The notes under the pieces are model-generated. The model was not told the DNA's origin. It made no database searches and saw nothing but the letters and a program-made list of their open reading frames with translations. The position numbers and the translations under genes are program-made. DNA of 64,000 nt from Candidatus Heimdallarchaeum aukensis (lineage in GTDB: Archaea; Asgardarchaeota; Heimdallarchaeia; Heimdallarchaeales; Heimdallarchaeaceae). Positions 29,866-40,488 of this stretch are shown piece by piece (the stretch's first letter is position 1; every line of letters begins with the position of its first letter). The stretch covers positions 1,536,001-1,600,000 of the forward strand of contig CP084166.1 in NCBI GenBank assembly GCA_021513695.1, written 5' to 3'.

Positions 29866-30108
29866 TTAACCTATGATTTTTAATTTTCCCTTGATAATAA
29901 GTATTGCACCACATCCAGAGATAATAATACTAAGGATTGCACCTGAAAACCAATACCAGTTAACATCTCCAGACTCTGTAAATGCCAAAAGAATAAATAT
30001 CAAAAAAAGAACGTTAAAAACAGTTGAAACTAGTAATATATTCAGAAATATGTTTTTAAATTTCGGCTTTTCAACGCTAGTTTGATAATTATTATCCTTT
30101 TCTTCCAT
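29866..30108 (-). CDS. Small membrane protein (80 aa, 2 TM), paralog of 32511-32759
   Basis: KPKFKNIFLNILLVS...IIKGKLKIIG versus KPSFSNIFLNMVLFD...IFKGKLKIVG. Clear paralogy, and both lie on the same strand as the SBP gene between them. Confidence 0.55.
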   Translation of the reverse strand: MEEKDNNYQTSVEKPKFKNIFLNILLVSTVFNVLFLIFILLAFTESGDVNWYWFSGAILSIIISGCGAILIIKGKLKIIG

Positions 30109-30333
30109 ACTAAATAAAATAGAAAAATGATTTTTATTTTTTGTTACTAAGAAGATGAAATTAGAAATATCAGGATAATTGGTTTATGTCTTTGAATTCA
30201 CTAACATAAAACAAACCATTTTCATGTTTAACTATGTAGATATCTGTTTTTAACACGACCAAGCGAGATGCTTTTACAAAGTTTTCTAATTGATTATTAC
30301 ATAAAGGTTTTAACCTTAAAAAAGAAAAAAAAA

Positions 30334-32280
30334 CTATTTTTTCCTTCTTCTAATTAACGGATAGGAAAAAATAGCAACTACAAAATATATTATTGTAAAC
30401 GGAACTGTAGTTGTATTTTCCTCGTAAACACCTGCTCTTTTTAACCATTCAATAGATGTATCAAGGTTATAGTCATACTTCATAATGTCGTTATAATACC
30501 AATATGATTGAATAGGATAAATGGGGCTTTGAGATATTAAATATTCTCCATCGTGGATCTCTCTGTTTATTTCCTCTCTATCTATTGCATATGATATTGC
30601 TTTTCTTATAGCAAGAGCCTTTGAATAGTTTTCATATCCTGTCTCATTTAAGAAGATAAAGTTATCATCACCTCCAATAAAGGGTCTTCTAAGGTTGAAT
30701 ATCATAAAATTCATGTAGTTTTTCAGTTTTGACTGAATTTCAAACTTAGGGTCATCTTGCATGCTTTTTCTCTCATCTATGAAAGTGTCCATTTCTCCTA
30801 ATAAATCAAGTCTTCCTGCTTTAAACTCTTCAAGTATTGTATTTAAATCTTGAATGAAACGCACATTGATAGTTTTAATATCTAGATCCTGTTCTGTCCC
30901 ATCAATAGCTCCAACACCAAACCAGAAGGGAGAAGCCCTCAAAACTGCAACTGTATCTTTTTCATGATAGTCTAGCATGTACTTACCACAACCAAATGCA
31001 GAATTTCCATATGTAGACCACTGAGGAGTGTTAAAAACACCATTATACAGTCCTTTCATTGGAACACCCCCAGTGGAGTAAGTGACTGTTTCATCTGTTG
31101 TGTTTAAGAAAAATTCTGGTAATAGTCTAACTGCTAGTGCTTCCAAGAATTGTGTGTATTTTTCTTTCTCTTCTGTCTCAGGATCACCATCTATTTCTAT
31201 CCAGAATGACAAAGGATCATTAGAATCAACCCATACATTGTGAATCCAGCAATAATCAGCTGCATCTCCATTAATAATAGGGTTAGCATAAGCAAGTAAA
31301 GTAAATACTGCATCTTTAGCAGTTACTTGTTGGTTACTTCCATCACTAAACTCACCATTATCACTTTTCATGAGTATTGATGGATCTACAATAGTTCCAT
31401 TATCATAAATTAAAGGGTCAGAACTGCTATCTCTTCCAGTAATGTTAAAAGATGGATTCCAGAAAACCTCATCACGCAGAGTGAATTTGTATAAGAGTTC
31501 ATTGTTTTCATCTTGTTGCCAATCAACAATTAAACCAGTTTTAATGGGTTCAAAACCAGGAGACATCTGGATTAGTGGTTCTGTAACTAGCGAAAAAATG
31601 TAGGAATTAGATGAATCATGTTGCACGAATGGGTTTAAATTTACCCATAAATCAGTATAATCATTTAATTCTTCAGTTGATTGTTGGCCTTCATGTAAGG
31701 AACTGAACTCCATGTATGGTAGGGATTCAACAACCCCCCACAGTGCATTATATCCGTCTAATGTAGCCCAATTAGCGACATATGAACGTGGACTGAAGAA
31801 TGGCAACATTGGCAAGATTTTGTCCATGATTAGTTGTTGCCATTTGTAATAGTGTTGTTGTCTTTCTTCAAGTCCCATGACAAGAGAGCCTTGTTCTAAC
31901 ATCTCTTCATTATCGTCACCATAAGGAATCTCTGAGTTTATACCAAAATAATTTAGAGAACCATTCTCACCAAATAATTCCATCTGATCATATATTGTTC
32001 CTCCACCAGTTAAACCTAAGAATGCAAGATCAAAATCATATGTAACAGTAAGAGTACCTATAAAGACTATCCATTCTTCATTCTTTATATTAACTTTAAT
32101 ACCTAATTTGTCCAAATATTGAGCAATGTAAAGACCATAATCAGGAAGATAACCACTACCACTAACTTTAAGGGTTAATACCGCAATTATATCAGCTTCA
32201 GCTTTTGTATTTAAAGCATAAAATGAACTAGTTATCAAAAGAGTAGAGAGCAGAATTAGATTGTACAATTTTTTTTTCAT
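30334..32280 (-). CDS. Extracellular solute-binding protein, family 5 (oligopeptide/dipeptide ABC transporter type), signal peptide plus C-terminal TM anchor
   Basis: 648 aa. N-terminal hydrophobic signal, general SBP_bac_5 character, C-terminal hydrophobic stretch followed by RRRKK (an archaeal-style anchor). Confidence 0.55.
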   Translation of the reverse strand: MKKKLYNLILLSTLLITSSFYALNTKAEADIIAVLTLKVSGSGYLPDYGLYIAQYLDKLGIKVNIKNEEWIVFIGTLTVTYDFDLAFLGLTGGGTIYDQMELFGENGSLNYFGINSEIPYGDDNEEMLEQGSLVMGLEERQQHYYKWQQLIMDKILPMLPFFSPRSYVANWATLDGYNALWGVVESLPYMEFSSLHEGQQSTEELNDYTDLWVNLNPFVQHDSSNSYIFSLVTEPLIQMSPGFEPIKTGLIVDWQQDENNELLYKFTLRDEVFWNPSFNITGRDSSSDPLIYDNGTIVDPSILMKSDNGEFSDGSNQQVTAKDAVFTLLAYANPIINGDAADYCWIHNVWVDSNDPLSFWIEIDGDPETEEKEKYTQFLEALAVRLLPEFFLNTTDETVTYSTGGVPMKGLYNGVFNTPQWSTYGNSAFGCGKYMLDYHEKDTVAVLRASPFWFGVGAIDGTEQDLDIKTINVRFIQDLNTILEEFKAGRLDLLGEMDTFIDERKSMQDDPKFEIQSKLKNYMNFMIFNLRRPFIGGDDNFIFLNETGYENYSKALAIRKAISYAIDREEINREIHDGEYLISQSPIYPIQSYWYYNDIMKYDYNLDTSIEWLKRAGVYEENTTTVPFTIIYFVVAIFSYPLIRRRKK

Positions 32281-32510
32281 TTTTATACCTCTATTTTATT
32301 TATCTATTGATGTAAGGTTAAAATTACTAATCAATAATTACAACCCTTCTTCTCTACAAAATATAGAATTTTAACCGATACATCGTCAACTTATATCCAA
32401 AGACACTTATAATAATATCGACAAATAGGTATTTTTTGAAAAGAATCATTTTTTATGTAGAAAAAAATTAAATAAATTTTAACAAAGATAAGCAAACAAA
32501 AATGATAGAA

Positions 32511-32759
32511 CTAACCAACAATTTTTAGTTTGCCTTTAAAAATAAAAATACTACCTATTCCAGAGATTACCAGCATAAATAAAGCTCCGATAAACCAATC
32601 AAAATTTGTTGTATCTTTTAGATATTGTAACAAGAAGATGACAAAAAGAGTACTAAATACTGCATCAAACAAGACCATATTCAAGAAGATGTTACTAAAA
32701 CTAGGTTTCTGGGAATCGTTTCCTAATGAATCTTTCTTTAACTCATTCATAGTTTTCAC
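32511..32759 (-). CDS. Small membrane protein (82 aa, 2 TM), paralog of 29866-30108
   Basis: See the paralog entry. Confidence 0.55.
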   Translation of the reverse strand: MKTMNELKKDSLGNDSQKPSFSNIFLNMVLFDAVFSTLFVIFLLQYLKDTTNFDWFIGALFMLVISGIGSIFIFKGKLKIVG

Positions 32760-32945
32760 TTCCTAAGGAAAGGTTTTTCGTCTCTTCTTCTATTGAAGCG
32801 TAAAACTATTAATTATTTTCTGTGAAAATATTAATGAAAAATTAAATTATTGCTTGGTTTCATTAATTTCATGTTTGAGCGAGAAAAGTAATGGTAGTGG
32901 TTTCTTCTTTATGTAAATTGTATCTCTAACAATAATTCTATGATT

Positions 32946-34148
32946 TCATTTTTTTAGTGTTTTAATAATTGTTACAGGAAGATGGTAGAGTACTTTTCTT
33001 AAAAACCTTCCATAGTCTAATATTCCCATTATCATCTTACCTACTAAGTCAGCTAATTTATCATCTTTAATAGCTAAATTGACAATTAGCTCCATTCTTC
33101 TCAAAGTTTTATATAGAAAGTTTTGGAGAAATAGCCCTGTTTTGCTTAAATCTTTACCAAAATCTTTCATCCACTTTTTCTGATAAGCTTTCAACGGTTT
33201 ACCATATTTTTTATTGTTGTATATAGCTTCTGCAGCAAATTTTCCTCCAGAAATACAATAATATAGTCCTTCACCTGTTACTGGACTAACAAATCCTGCA
33301 GCATCACCTACTAGCAAGAGTTTATGAAAAACGGATTTTTTTACAGGTTTCTTAAAAACTAGTGTATAGGACTTTGCTTTGGCTAATTTGATACCAGAGG
33401 GAATAAGATTCATTCCTTTTAACTGTTCAACAAATCGTTCATATACATTTTTTGGGCCAGTTTCTTTAATATCGACCCATGTAGCTCCAATACCGATGTT
33501 GATGTAACCTTTTTTGATGAAATACCACCCATACCCTCTGGGAACAACTCCAAAAAAGATTTGCAAGCTAGTCTTTTCTATACCTAAATCAGCTAATAAT
33601 TTCTGTTCGATTTCAGTTTCTGAATTAACACATATAGCGAGATAACCCTCTGGCCAGCGAGATCTAATACCCAGAGAACGAATTAACTTATTATTTTGAA
33701 CTCCTGTGGCAAGAATAACATAATTTGCAGTGATTATTCTTTTTGTGGTGACAATAGTGTATATATCATTATTGGAATCATGTTTTATTTCTAGAACTGC
33801 TTCACCATCAAAAATTATAACACCTTGTTCTTGAGCGTCACGAGCCATAGCTTCATCAAACTGTTCTCTAATAACAAAATAACCTTTGTTGCCCCTATTA
33901 ATGAAATGTTTAAGAGACGGTGAATAGATAGTAATATTGTCTATTGAACAATTAATAGACTGTTTGGCTTTTTCACCTAATAAGGATAAAGTTCTATAAG
34001 ATAAAGCTCCACCACAAGGTTTGTCTCTGGGATAAGCCTTTTTTTCAAATAAAATGGTTTTCAGGCCCATTTTTGCACAATAATAAGCTGATGAAGAACC
34101 AGCAGGCCCTCCTCCAATAATCGCAACATCATATAATTCGTTTGACAC
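32946..34148 (-). CDS. Geranylgeranyl reductase family flavoprotein (digeranylgeranylglycerophospholipid reductase-like)
   Basis: YDVAIIGGGPAGSSSAYYCAKMGLKTILFEKK FAD-binding N-terminus; about 400 aa; LLVGDAAGFVSPVTGEGL motif. Confidence 0.75.
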   Translation of the reverse strand: MSNELYDVAIIGGGPAGSSSAYYCAKMGLKTILFEKKAYPRDKPCGGALSYRTLSLLGEKAKQSINCSIDNITIYSPSLKHFINRGNKGYFVIREQFDEAMARDAQEQGVIIFDGEAVLEIKHDSNNDIYTIVTTKRIITANYVILATGVQNNKLIRSLGIRSRWPEGYLAICVNSETEIEQKLLADLGIEKTSLQIFFGVVPRGYGWYFIKKGYINIGIGATWVDIKETGPKNVYERFVEQLKGMNLIPSGIKLAKAKSYTLVFKKPVKKSVFHKLLLVGDAAGFVSPVTGEGLYYCISGGKFAAEAIYNNKKYGKPLKAYQKKWMKDFGKDLSKTGLFLQNFLYKTLRRMELIVNLAIKDDKLADLVGKMIMGILDYGRFLRKVLYHLPVTIIKTLKK

Positions 34149-34592
34149 ACACTCAAAAAAAGCTAATATTTAAAAAAATTTGCTGTAACCAAAAGTAATT
34201 TCTAATTGATTATTGTTTCATGTTTTGTACAATAGATTAATCACTGTTGGGCAGGGTATTACAAAAACATTTACTTATACAGTTAAAATTAAGGTAAATG
34301 ATTATCTTGAATTGAAAGTTAAGCTTTCCTCTATCAGGGATTAAAATGGAATGCAGTTGCAAAGTTACATACGGAATTGTTTACTCTTATACAACTAAAT
34401 TATATATCAAAGACACTACACAAGACCTCGAATTCTATATTGAATCTGATGATATGCTGACATCCTCGTTTATCAATGACCCAATCTTCTGGTTTAGTCC
34501 AATGGAATAAAACAGCAGAGGTGATATAAATTAAGAAGAGATTAGAGTTCTTCATTTTTTTCTTTCTTTTATTATTTGCTTATAGTAGTAGT

Positions 34593-36575
34593 ATGAACAT
34601 GAGCAGAATTAATAGTCTTTATAAAATTGAAGGCAACAATTATAATAAATTAAAACATGAAAAGTATTCATTTATTACAGATAACAATTTTAGGGATAGT
34701 AATTATAAAGAAAAAATGAAACAAAAATTAAATAATAACCAGCTGAATAAAAAAATAAAATCAGAAATAAGTTTTGATGTGGTTTTTGATAAAGATTGGG
34801 TAATTAATGAATCAATTACAGTTGTAGGAAAAACTATATTACTAAAAGGAAATCTAATTGTAAACTCAACAGGGAATATCACAATAGAGAATTCAATTTT
34901 AATATTTAACTCTTCGTGGATAGTTAATAATGGAAATCTTGTAGAAGAAGCTTTACAGATTAGAATTCTTGGAGGTAAAACTATTTTTATTAATACTACA
35001 ATATCAGTTTTAGTTCCATTTGTAGAATTAAGTTATAATCAAATACGTAATAATTACTTTACGATAAGCGCAGAAAAATCTTCCCAGTTGTACTTTATAA
35101 ACAGCGAATTGAAACATTTAGGAATTATAGATAACATAAATAGTGGGATAAATGTTAACCAAATAAGTGAGTTAAAACTAGAAAATTGTAATATTAATGC
35201 ATTATGGGGAATTCTTTATGCTAATAATACAGACAGAATCGTAATCAATAATTGCAAATTAAACTCAAGCTTGAGGGGAGATATGAGATTTGGAACAAAT
35301 TATACCATGGTAACTCTAAATGGTGGAATTGAACATATAATTACACACAACAATTTCTTTAGAAATGAGGAAACAAAGTCTATAGAATATTCAGAAGAAA
35401 AAATAGACAGGCTTGTTATCTTGAATTCAAAGAACAGTATTATTTCAGAAAACACATTTAAACAAGCAAGATCTTATGATAATTCCTTTGGTCTAAATGT
35501 TAGAAACTGCACTTCAACGATAATTAATAACAATAAGGGACCATCAATGCACATGCATTTAAAAGATTCTAGAAATATTACAATAACACAAAATCACTTT
35601 GGGCAACTAATGGTTCATAATACCTGCGAATTGTTACTTAAATTCAACATAGCTGAAAATCTGGAACTCGCTAACTGTTCTTATATAAACGTCAATTACA
35701 ATATTTTTAATGCTACAAAGGAAAGAATCTATGATATAGGATCTTGCGTTTTTCTAATGGGTTCAAATGAATATATTAATATTTCATGTAACATTAATGC
35801 AGTACCTATTTTGGAAAGTTCATTTTATACAATAACAGCAGAAATAAAGAACAGTTTCTTTTATATGAATAATCAAGTTGGCCCCATATATATAAATGAT
35901 TATCCAGATTTCTATGAGAAAGTGTTTAATTTCTCAATAGAAAATAAAAGAGAAATAGTAATAGAATACCCAAAACTATCAGTAAATCAATATTACAGTT
36001 ATAACAGTCAAGGTAATTTCTATTCAGCCGATATACAAGCAAGTTTAGAAAATATATTAGAAGATTTTAACAACGATGGTATAGGAGATGCATCCTTTCC
36101 AGTATCGTCCGTTCCTATAATAATGGATGAAAATCCATTAATGTTCCCCATTACGTTTAATAATAATTTCGATCAAAAAGCCCCAACTCTTAATCATAAA
36201 AATTATTTTCCAGGGGGCGATAATTCTATTTATGATACCATCTATGCTAGTGTAACTGACAATTTTATGTTGGCTACAATTGTAGTAGCTTATGATTTAG
36301 GTTCATCTGGTTCATGGACTTTTAAGACTATGATAAAGGATGAATTTACAGGAGAATTTATTGCAAAAATTCCTAAATTGACACAAGGGATAAATCAATA
36401 CTACTTTATTGTATGTGATATTTTTGGTAACGAAGCGAAAAGCGAAATTTATACTTATAAGGTTCCAATTATTACTTCACAGATTTCATGGCAAATCTTG
36501 AATTCCTTTCTAGGAGTATTACTTTTGATTTTTTATCTGAAAAAAACTAAACTCAAAAGGGTTCAAAAATGTTAA
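34593..36575 (+). CDS. Large secreted or surface protein with parallel beta-helix repeats and a C-terminal TM anchor
   Basis: Repeated N-rich beta-helix-type segments (NNCKLN, NNNKGP, TQNHF). C-terminal LGVLLLIFYLKKTKLKR anchor. Similar architecture to 7350-8993. Confidence 0.5.
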   Translation: MNMSRINSLYKIEGNNYNKLKHEKYSFITDNNFRDSNYKEKMKQKLNNNQLNKKIKSEISFDVVFDKDWVINESITVVGKTILLKGNLIVNSTGNITIENSILIFNSSWIVNNGNLVEEALQIRILGGKTIFINTTISVLVPFVELSYNQIRNNYFTISAEKSSQLYFINSELKHLGIIDNINSGINVNQISELKLENCNINALWGILYANNTDRIVINNCKLNSSLRGDMRFGTNYTMVTLNGGIEHIITHNNFFRNEETKSIEYSEEKIDRLVILNSKNSIISENTFKQARSYDNSFGLNVRNCTSTIINNNKGPSMHMHLKDSRNITITQNHFGQLMVHNTCELLLKFNIAENLELANCSYINVNYNIFNATKERIYDIGSCVFLMGSNEYINISCNINAVPILESSFYTITAEIKNSFFYMNNQVGPIYINDYPDFYEKVFNFSIENKREIVIEYPKLSVNQYYSYNSQGNFYSADIQASLENILEDFNNDGIGDASFPVSSVPIIMDENPLMFPITFNNNFDQKAPTLNHKNYFPGGDNSIYDTIYASVTDNFMLATIVVAYDLGSSGSWTFKTMIKDEFTGEFIAKIPKLTQGINQYYFIVCDIFGNEAKSEIYTYKVPIITSQISWQILNSFLGVLLLIFYLKKTKLKRVQKC

Positions 36576-36825
36576 ACATTTTATTTTTTTCTCTTAGACA
36601 GAACAATAAGAAAGAAAACTCAAACTCTTCAAGGTTAAGATGAATTGCGTAGTAAGCATACTAAAAGATTCATATAATATAATAAAGAAACAGCAGACTC
36701 TCCACCAATAATCCAACATCTAATTCATTTGTCATAAACCCAAAAAAAGTTATGGAAAAATTGTTATAAATAAAAATTACTAGTTAATCATTGTTTCACA
36801 ATTTTATGTTATAGATTTTGTTAGA

Positions 36826-37425
36826 TTAAGTTAAATGATCGGTATTATTGAATTGGCTAATATAAAAGAGACCATTCTCATAAACTATCTTTGAGATTGA
36901 ACTTGGTTTAGGGTAAACTCGCCAAAAGTTGGATGGGTGAGTTCTAGTAATATAAACAAATATTAAATTTATTACTGCTCCGTGAGTAACGAGAACAACA
37001 ACTTTTTCGTCTTGTTTTTCAAGTCGCTTAAACAATCTGTGAATTCGATCTAAAACTGTGTAAAATGTTTCTCCATTAGGAATAATAAAATCGTGTGGAT
37101 TAGAAAACCATTTTTCTTTCTCTTCTCCTACAAAAATTTCATCAAAGGTTTTTCCTTCCCAATCACCAAAAGACATGTCTAACAAATAAGGCTCTTCCTT
37201 AAAAATAGCTTTAGGATGATGGACTTTTATTTTCTCTGCTGACACTCTTGTTCTAGAAAGTTTACTATAATAAATAGCTTCTACAGGAACTTTAGCAAGA
37301 GCTTGTCCTGTTTCTTCTGCATGTTTAATTCCTAATTCAGATAGTGGGATGTCTTTTCTCCCTCTAAATCTAATAGCACCGACATTATAATCTGTTTCCC
37401 CGTGTCTTACTACGTATATTTCCAT
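36826..37425 (-). CDS. Histidine phosphatase superfamily (phosphoglycerate mutase-like) protein
   Basis: N-terminal IYVVRHGETDYN (RHG catalytic motif) and a THG motif later. Confidence 0.75.
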   Translation of the reverse strand: MEIYVVRHGETDYNVGAIRFRGRKDIPLSELGIKHAEETGQALAKVPVEAIYYSKLSRTRVSAEKIKVHHPKAIFKEEPYLLDMSFGDWEGKTFDEIFVGEEKEKWFSNPHDFIIPNGETFYTVLDRIHRLFKRLEKQDEKVVVLVTHGAVINLIFVYITRTHPSNFWRVYPKPSSISKIVYENGLFYISQFNNTDHLT

Positions 37426-37616
37426 TTTTAACGCAATTATTCAGAATATGCAATAGAAAAATGTTTCTCACCGAGTATTAACCAAATGGTTAAAGCTAAG
37501 AAAAACCATATACCTTCTTATATATAGACCCATCTAATAACTTACATTATTAGATGATAGGCGAACTTATGTCTACAACAATTAAGTTAAAATTATGAAG
37601 AGATAAAGAATTTCAC

Positions 37617-38045
37617 ATGGGAAAATATCGATTGCTTGAAGAGGAGACCACTGGTGATTTTGCATTTGAAGCATATGGTTCTTCTTTAGGAGAATTGTTT
37701 AAGTATGCAGGGTTAGCTACAATGAGTGCAATGGTCGACATTTCTCAACTTAAAGGAGACCAAGAATACTCATTCGAAATAGAATCGTCTAATCTTCAAA
37801 TGCTTCTTTATGAATTTCTCTCCGAAATAATCTTTGTTAAAGATGTGGAGATGGTATTTTTTACAGATTTTGAAATTGAGATAATAGAAAACAGTGGTTA
37901 TAAACTTCTTTGTAAAGCAAAAACAACGCCAATAGATAGTTTAAAACAAGACCACTTTACTGATGTAAAAGCTGCAACTATGCACCATTTAGTTGTAGAA
38001 AAACAGGGTACACAATGGTATTGTAAAGCAATTCTGGATCTCTAG
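37617..38045 (+). CDS. Archease (RtcB cofactor/chaperone family)
   Basis: 142 aa. N-terminal LEEETTGDFAFEAYGSSLGELF matches the archease pattern (LEHTADvg.eayG.sleE.F), and the length is right. Confidence 0.6.
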   Translation: MGKYRLLEEETTGDFAFEAYGSSLGELFKYAGLATMSAMVDISQLKGDQEYSFEIESSNLQMLLYEFLSEIIFVKDVEMVFFTDFEIEIIENSGYKLLCKAKTTPIDSLKQDHFTDVKAATMHHLVVEKQGTQWYCKAILDL

Positions 38046-38123
38046 TCTCAACTTTCTTATGAAATTTTATTATTTTTAAAAAATCTAGTTATTGGAACTA
38101 AAAAAGGGTAAAGAATAAGGATA

Positions 38124-38606
38124 TTACACTATCCTTTGTTTTCCTCCAGGAGGATTAATGAAAAATACTGTTAATAGTAATAGAAATATCCCTACAGATT
38201 CCTTAAATGTTACATTATTTACAATGTCTTGTGGTAATCCTTCTCTAAAGGCTGTAATTGCCTGGAAGCCAAAAAACACTATAAAGAGTTGTATAAAGAA
38301 ATATAGTATAACTGTGATAAATGCTCCTCTTATTAGATATCTCAAAAGTTTTCTATCTTCAGCTCTTCTTACTCTACTTAACAAATAATCTGTTACTAAT
38401 AATGATGAAGCTGTTAACACTATTGCACCAAATAGTGGAAAAGCAATTACTAAGCTAATATATCCTACCTGATTTAGTTGCACAATTTCACTGAGATAAT
38501 AATAGTGTGGTAATTGTGCAATCATGGATATTCCAAATAAGATTAAAATACTAGGTAAAGCTGCTTCTTTGTTCCAAAATCTTGATTGTTCACTCATAGC
38601 TTTCAT
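38124..38606 (-). CDS. Hypothetical integral membrane protein (4-5 TM)
   Basis: Hydrophobic throughout. No motif recognised. Confidence 0.4.
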   Translation of the reverse strand: MKAMSEQSRFWNKEAALPSILILFGISMIAQLPHYYYLSEIVQLNQVGYISLVIAFPLFGAIVLTASSLLVTDYLLSRVRRAEDRKLLRYLIRGAFITVILYFFIQLFIVFFGFQAITAFREGLPQDIVNNVTFKESVGIFLLLLTVFFINPPGGKQRIV

Positions 38607-38679
38607 TCCTTAACATTAGGGATGCTTTTGCTATAATCAACAGTGTTTTTTTTAACTTTTCTGTTCAAGTTTCTATTAG

Positions 38680-40311
38680 TTAATGCATATCTTCCTCAAA
38701 AGAATAACCTTTTTCTATTCTAAATTCGCAGTAATTGTATCCTGTTCCATGACATTTTGTTTCTGTAACAATTGGTGGGTCTTTCAGCAGTAATGCTAGT
38801 CTTCCTGCAATGTATCCTGAAGTGAAGTCACACAGCGTTTCACCTTTGCTTTCTCCATCTTCGGTAAGATTTATTCCAGAGGAATAGGCATTTTCATAGA
38901 TTCTAATGTACATTTCATCTTCGTCCTCCCCATCTATGACTTCAACAAAAGAATACTCTCTTTTTAGGATATTTGTAGGATGAGTGAGATAAAGTTTCAA
39001 GATTTCAACTGCTTTTTTTAGCGATTCGATAGGTAAACTTTCTTCTTCTAGTACATCGTAAATTATTGTTTTACCTGGTCCAATTACACCCAACTCTCTT
39101 CCTGCAGAGTATAGTAGAGCTCCACAGAATTTATCTCTGAACTTAAGTGACATTATCTGTTGTTGTAAGATGCTTATATGCACGTAATCCACGTCATTTG
39201 GTCGTAAAGCGTTAGTCATAAGTAAAGATTCAAATCCATTTTGACTTGTTTCATGAATTAGTTCAAAAAACATTTGCTTACGATATTCTGATTTCGGAAG
39301 ATCTCCTAAGTACTGAATGTTCTTTTTACTTTCATCAATTTCTTTTACTTTATATGGAGCTTTTCCTGGTTCTTTTCCTATATATACCTCAATCTCAAAT
39401 TCACAGTAAGGATCGCCAAGCCCTTTGCACTTTGTTTCCACAACAGATGTAGCAGAACCAGTCATTGCTTCAACCGTACCTGCAATTTTTCCTGCAGTAA
39501 AGTGACACAAAGGTTCTCCTACGTTAATTACTCCAGAAACAGTACAAAGATCATGAATTCTAAGTGTAGCCTTATAATTTTCAATACTTGCTATATCACA
39601 GTGAGTAGCTTGATAAATTGGAACATCGCTATTATGACTATACAATTTGGCTAATGCGATTAGAACTTCTTGAAAACGTTCTTCTGGATTTACAGCTTGA
39701 ACATTAGGATTAAGCACTGTTAGATAGTAAGGGTCTGCACCATAAATCCCTAATTCTCTTCCACTTTGATAAAGTAATTGAGGTACTAATGGGTCTAAAG
39801 CGAGTAATGATAAAACAACTTGCTGATATACGCTGATATGGCAATAATCCCCGATAGTTTTTCGAACAATATTCTGAGAAATGAGAGAAGAGATGGTATT
39901 TTTTGTAAGAACCATCATACTTTCTTTTCTCTGAGTTTTTTTATCAGAAGCTACCATCAAAGGAAGAATATGACTCCACAATTTGTCTTTGATATCGTCT
40001 TCAGTTATCATCCCTTGTGCAATTACGCTGTCATTCATCATAATAACAGGTACTGACATTACATTATATTGAGAAGCAATCTCAGGTTCCTCTGTTATGT
40101 CTACTTTTGTTACACTCACAAGATTTTTTAGAGAGGTCCCTGCTACTTGCTCTACAACATGTTCTACAGATGGGCACGCAAAACATGTAGGGCTTGTAAA
40201 TAGTAATAATCGAACCTTAGATTGCATTTCTTCTTCTGACATAGTAACCGCATTTACAAATTTCTTAATACTTATTATTCGTTTATATTGAAAAAGATTT
40301 CTTCGATGCAA
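38680..40311 (-). CDS. Thioredoxin/glutaredoxin-like domain fused to two V4R (Bet3/TRAPP-like) domains
   Basis: N-terminal CFACPS thioredoxin-type CxxC; two repeats ending CHFTAGKIAGTVEA...DPYCEFEIE and CDFTSGYIAGRLA...YNYCEFRIE, which match the V4R C.F..G...G pattern. Confidence 0.5.
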   Translation of the reverse strand: MHRRNLFQYKRIISIKKFVNAVTMSEEEMQSKVRLLLFTSPTCFACPSVEHVVEQVAGTSLKNLVSVTKVDITEEPEIASQYNVMSVPVIMMNDSVIAQGMITEDDIKDKLWSHILPLMVASDKKTQRKESMMVLTKNTISSLISQNIVRKTIGDYCHISVYQQVVLSLLALDPLVPQLLYQSGRELGIYGADPYYLTVLNPNVQAVNPEERFQEVLIALAKLYSHNSDVPIYQATHCDIASIENYKATLRIHDLCTVSGVINVGEPLCHFTAGKIAGTVEAMTGSATSVVETKCKGLGDPYCEFEIEVYIGKEPGKAPYKVKEIDESKKNIQYLGDLPKSEYRKQMFFELIHETSQNGFESLLMTNALRPNDVDYVHISILQQQIMSLKFRDKFCGALLYSAGRELGVIGPGKTIIYDVLEEESLPIESLKKAVEILKLYLTHPTNILKREYSFVEVIDGEDEDEMYIRIYENAYSSGINLTEDGESKGETLCDFTSGYIAGRLALLLKDPPIVTETKCHGTGYNYCEFRIEKGYSFEEDMH

Positions 40312-40488
40312 AAAAATCGAAAAGAAAAATAACAGACTAATCGGTCAATAAAACAATTTTTTATTATAAATAAAAAAAGACATATTTAAAATAAACATTT
40401 ATCCAATATTAATTTTAGAAATTTGAACTTTTCAGATAAAATTTTATTAATGACTAAAAAAAATGCACAAATGATTTGGTGAAAAAAC

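Noticed and set aside
34346-34510. 54-codon ORF (MECSCKVTYGIVYSYTTKLYIKD...) in the 445-bp gap upstream of the beta-helix protein gene
   Set aside because: Below a reasonable length threshold, no motif, and no obvious ribosome-binding or promoter context. It could be a real small protein but is unsupported.
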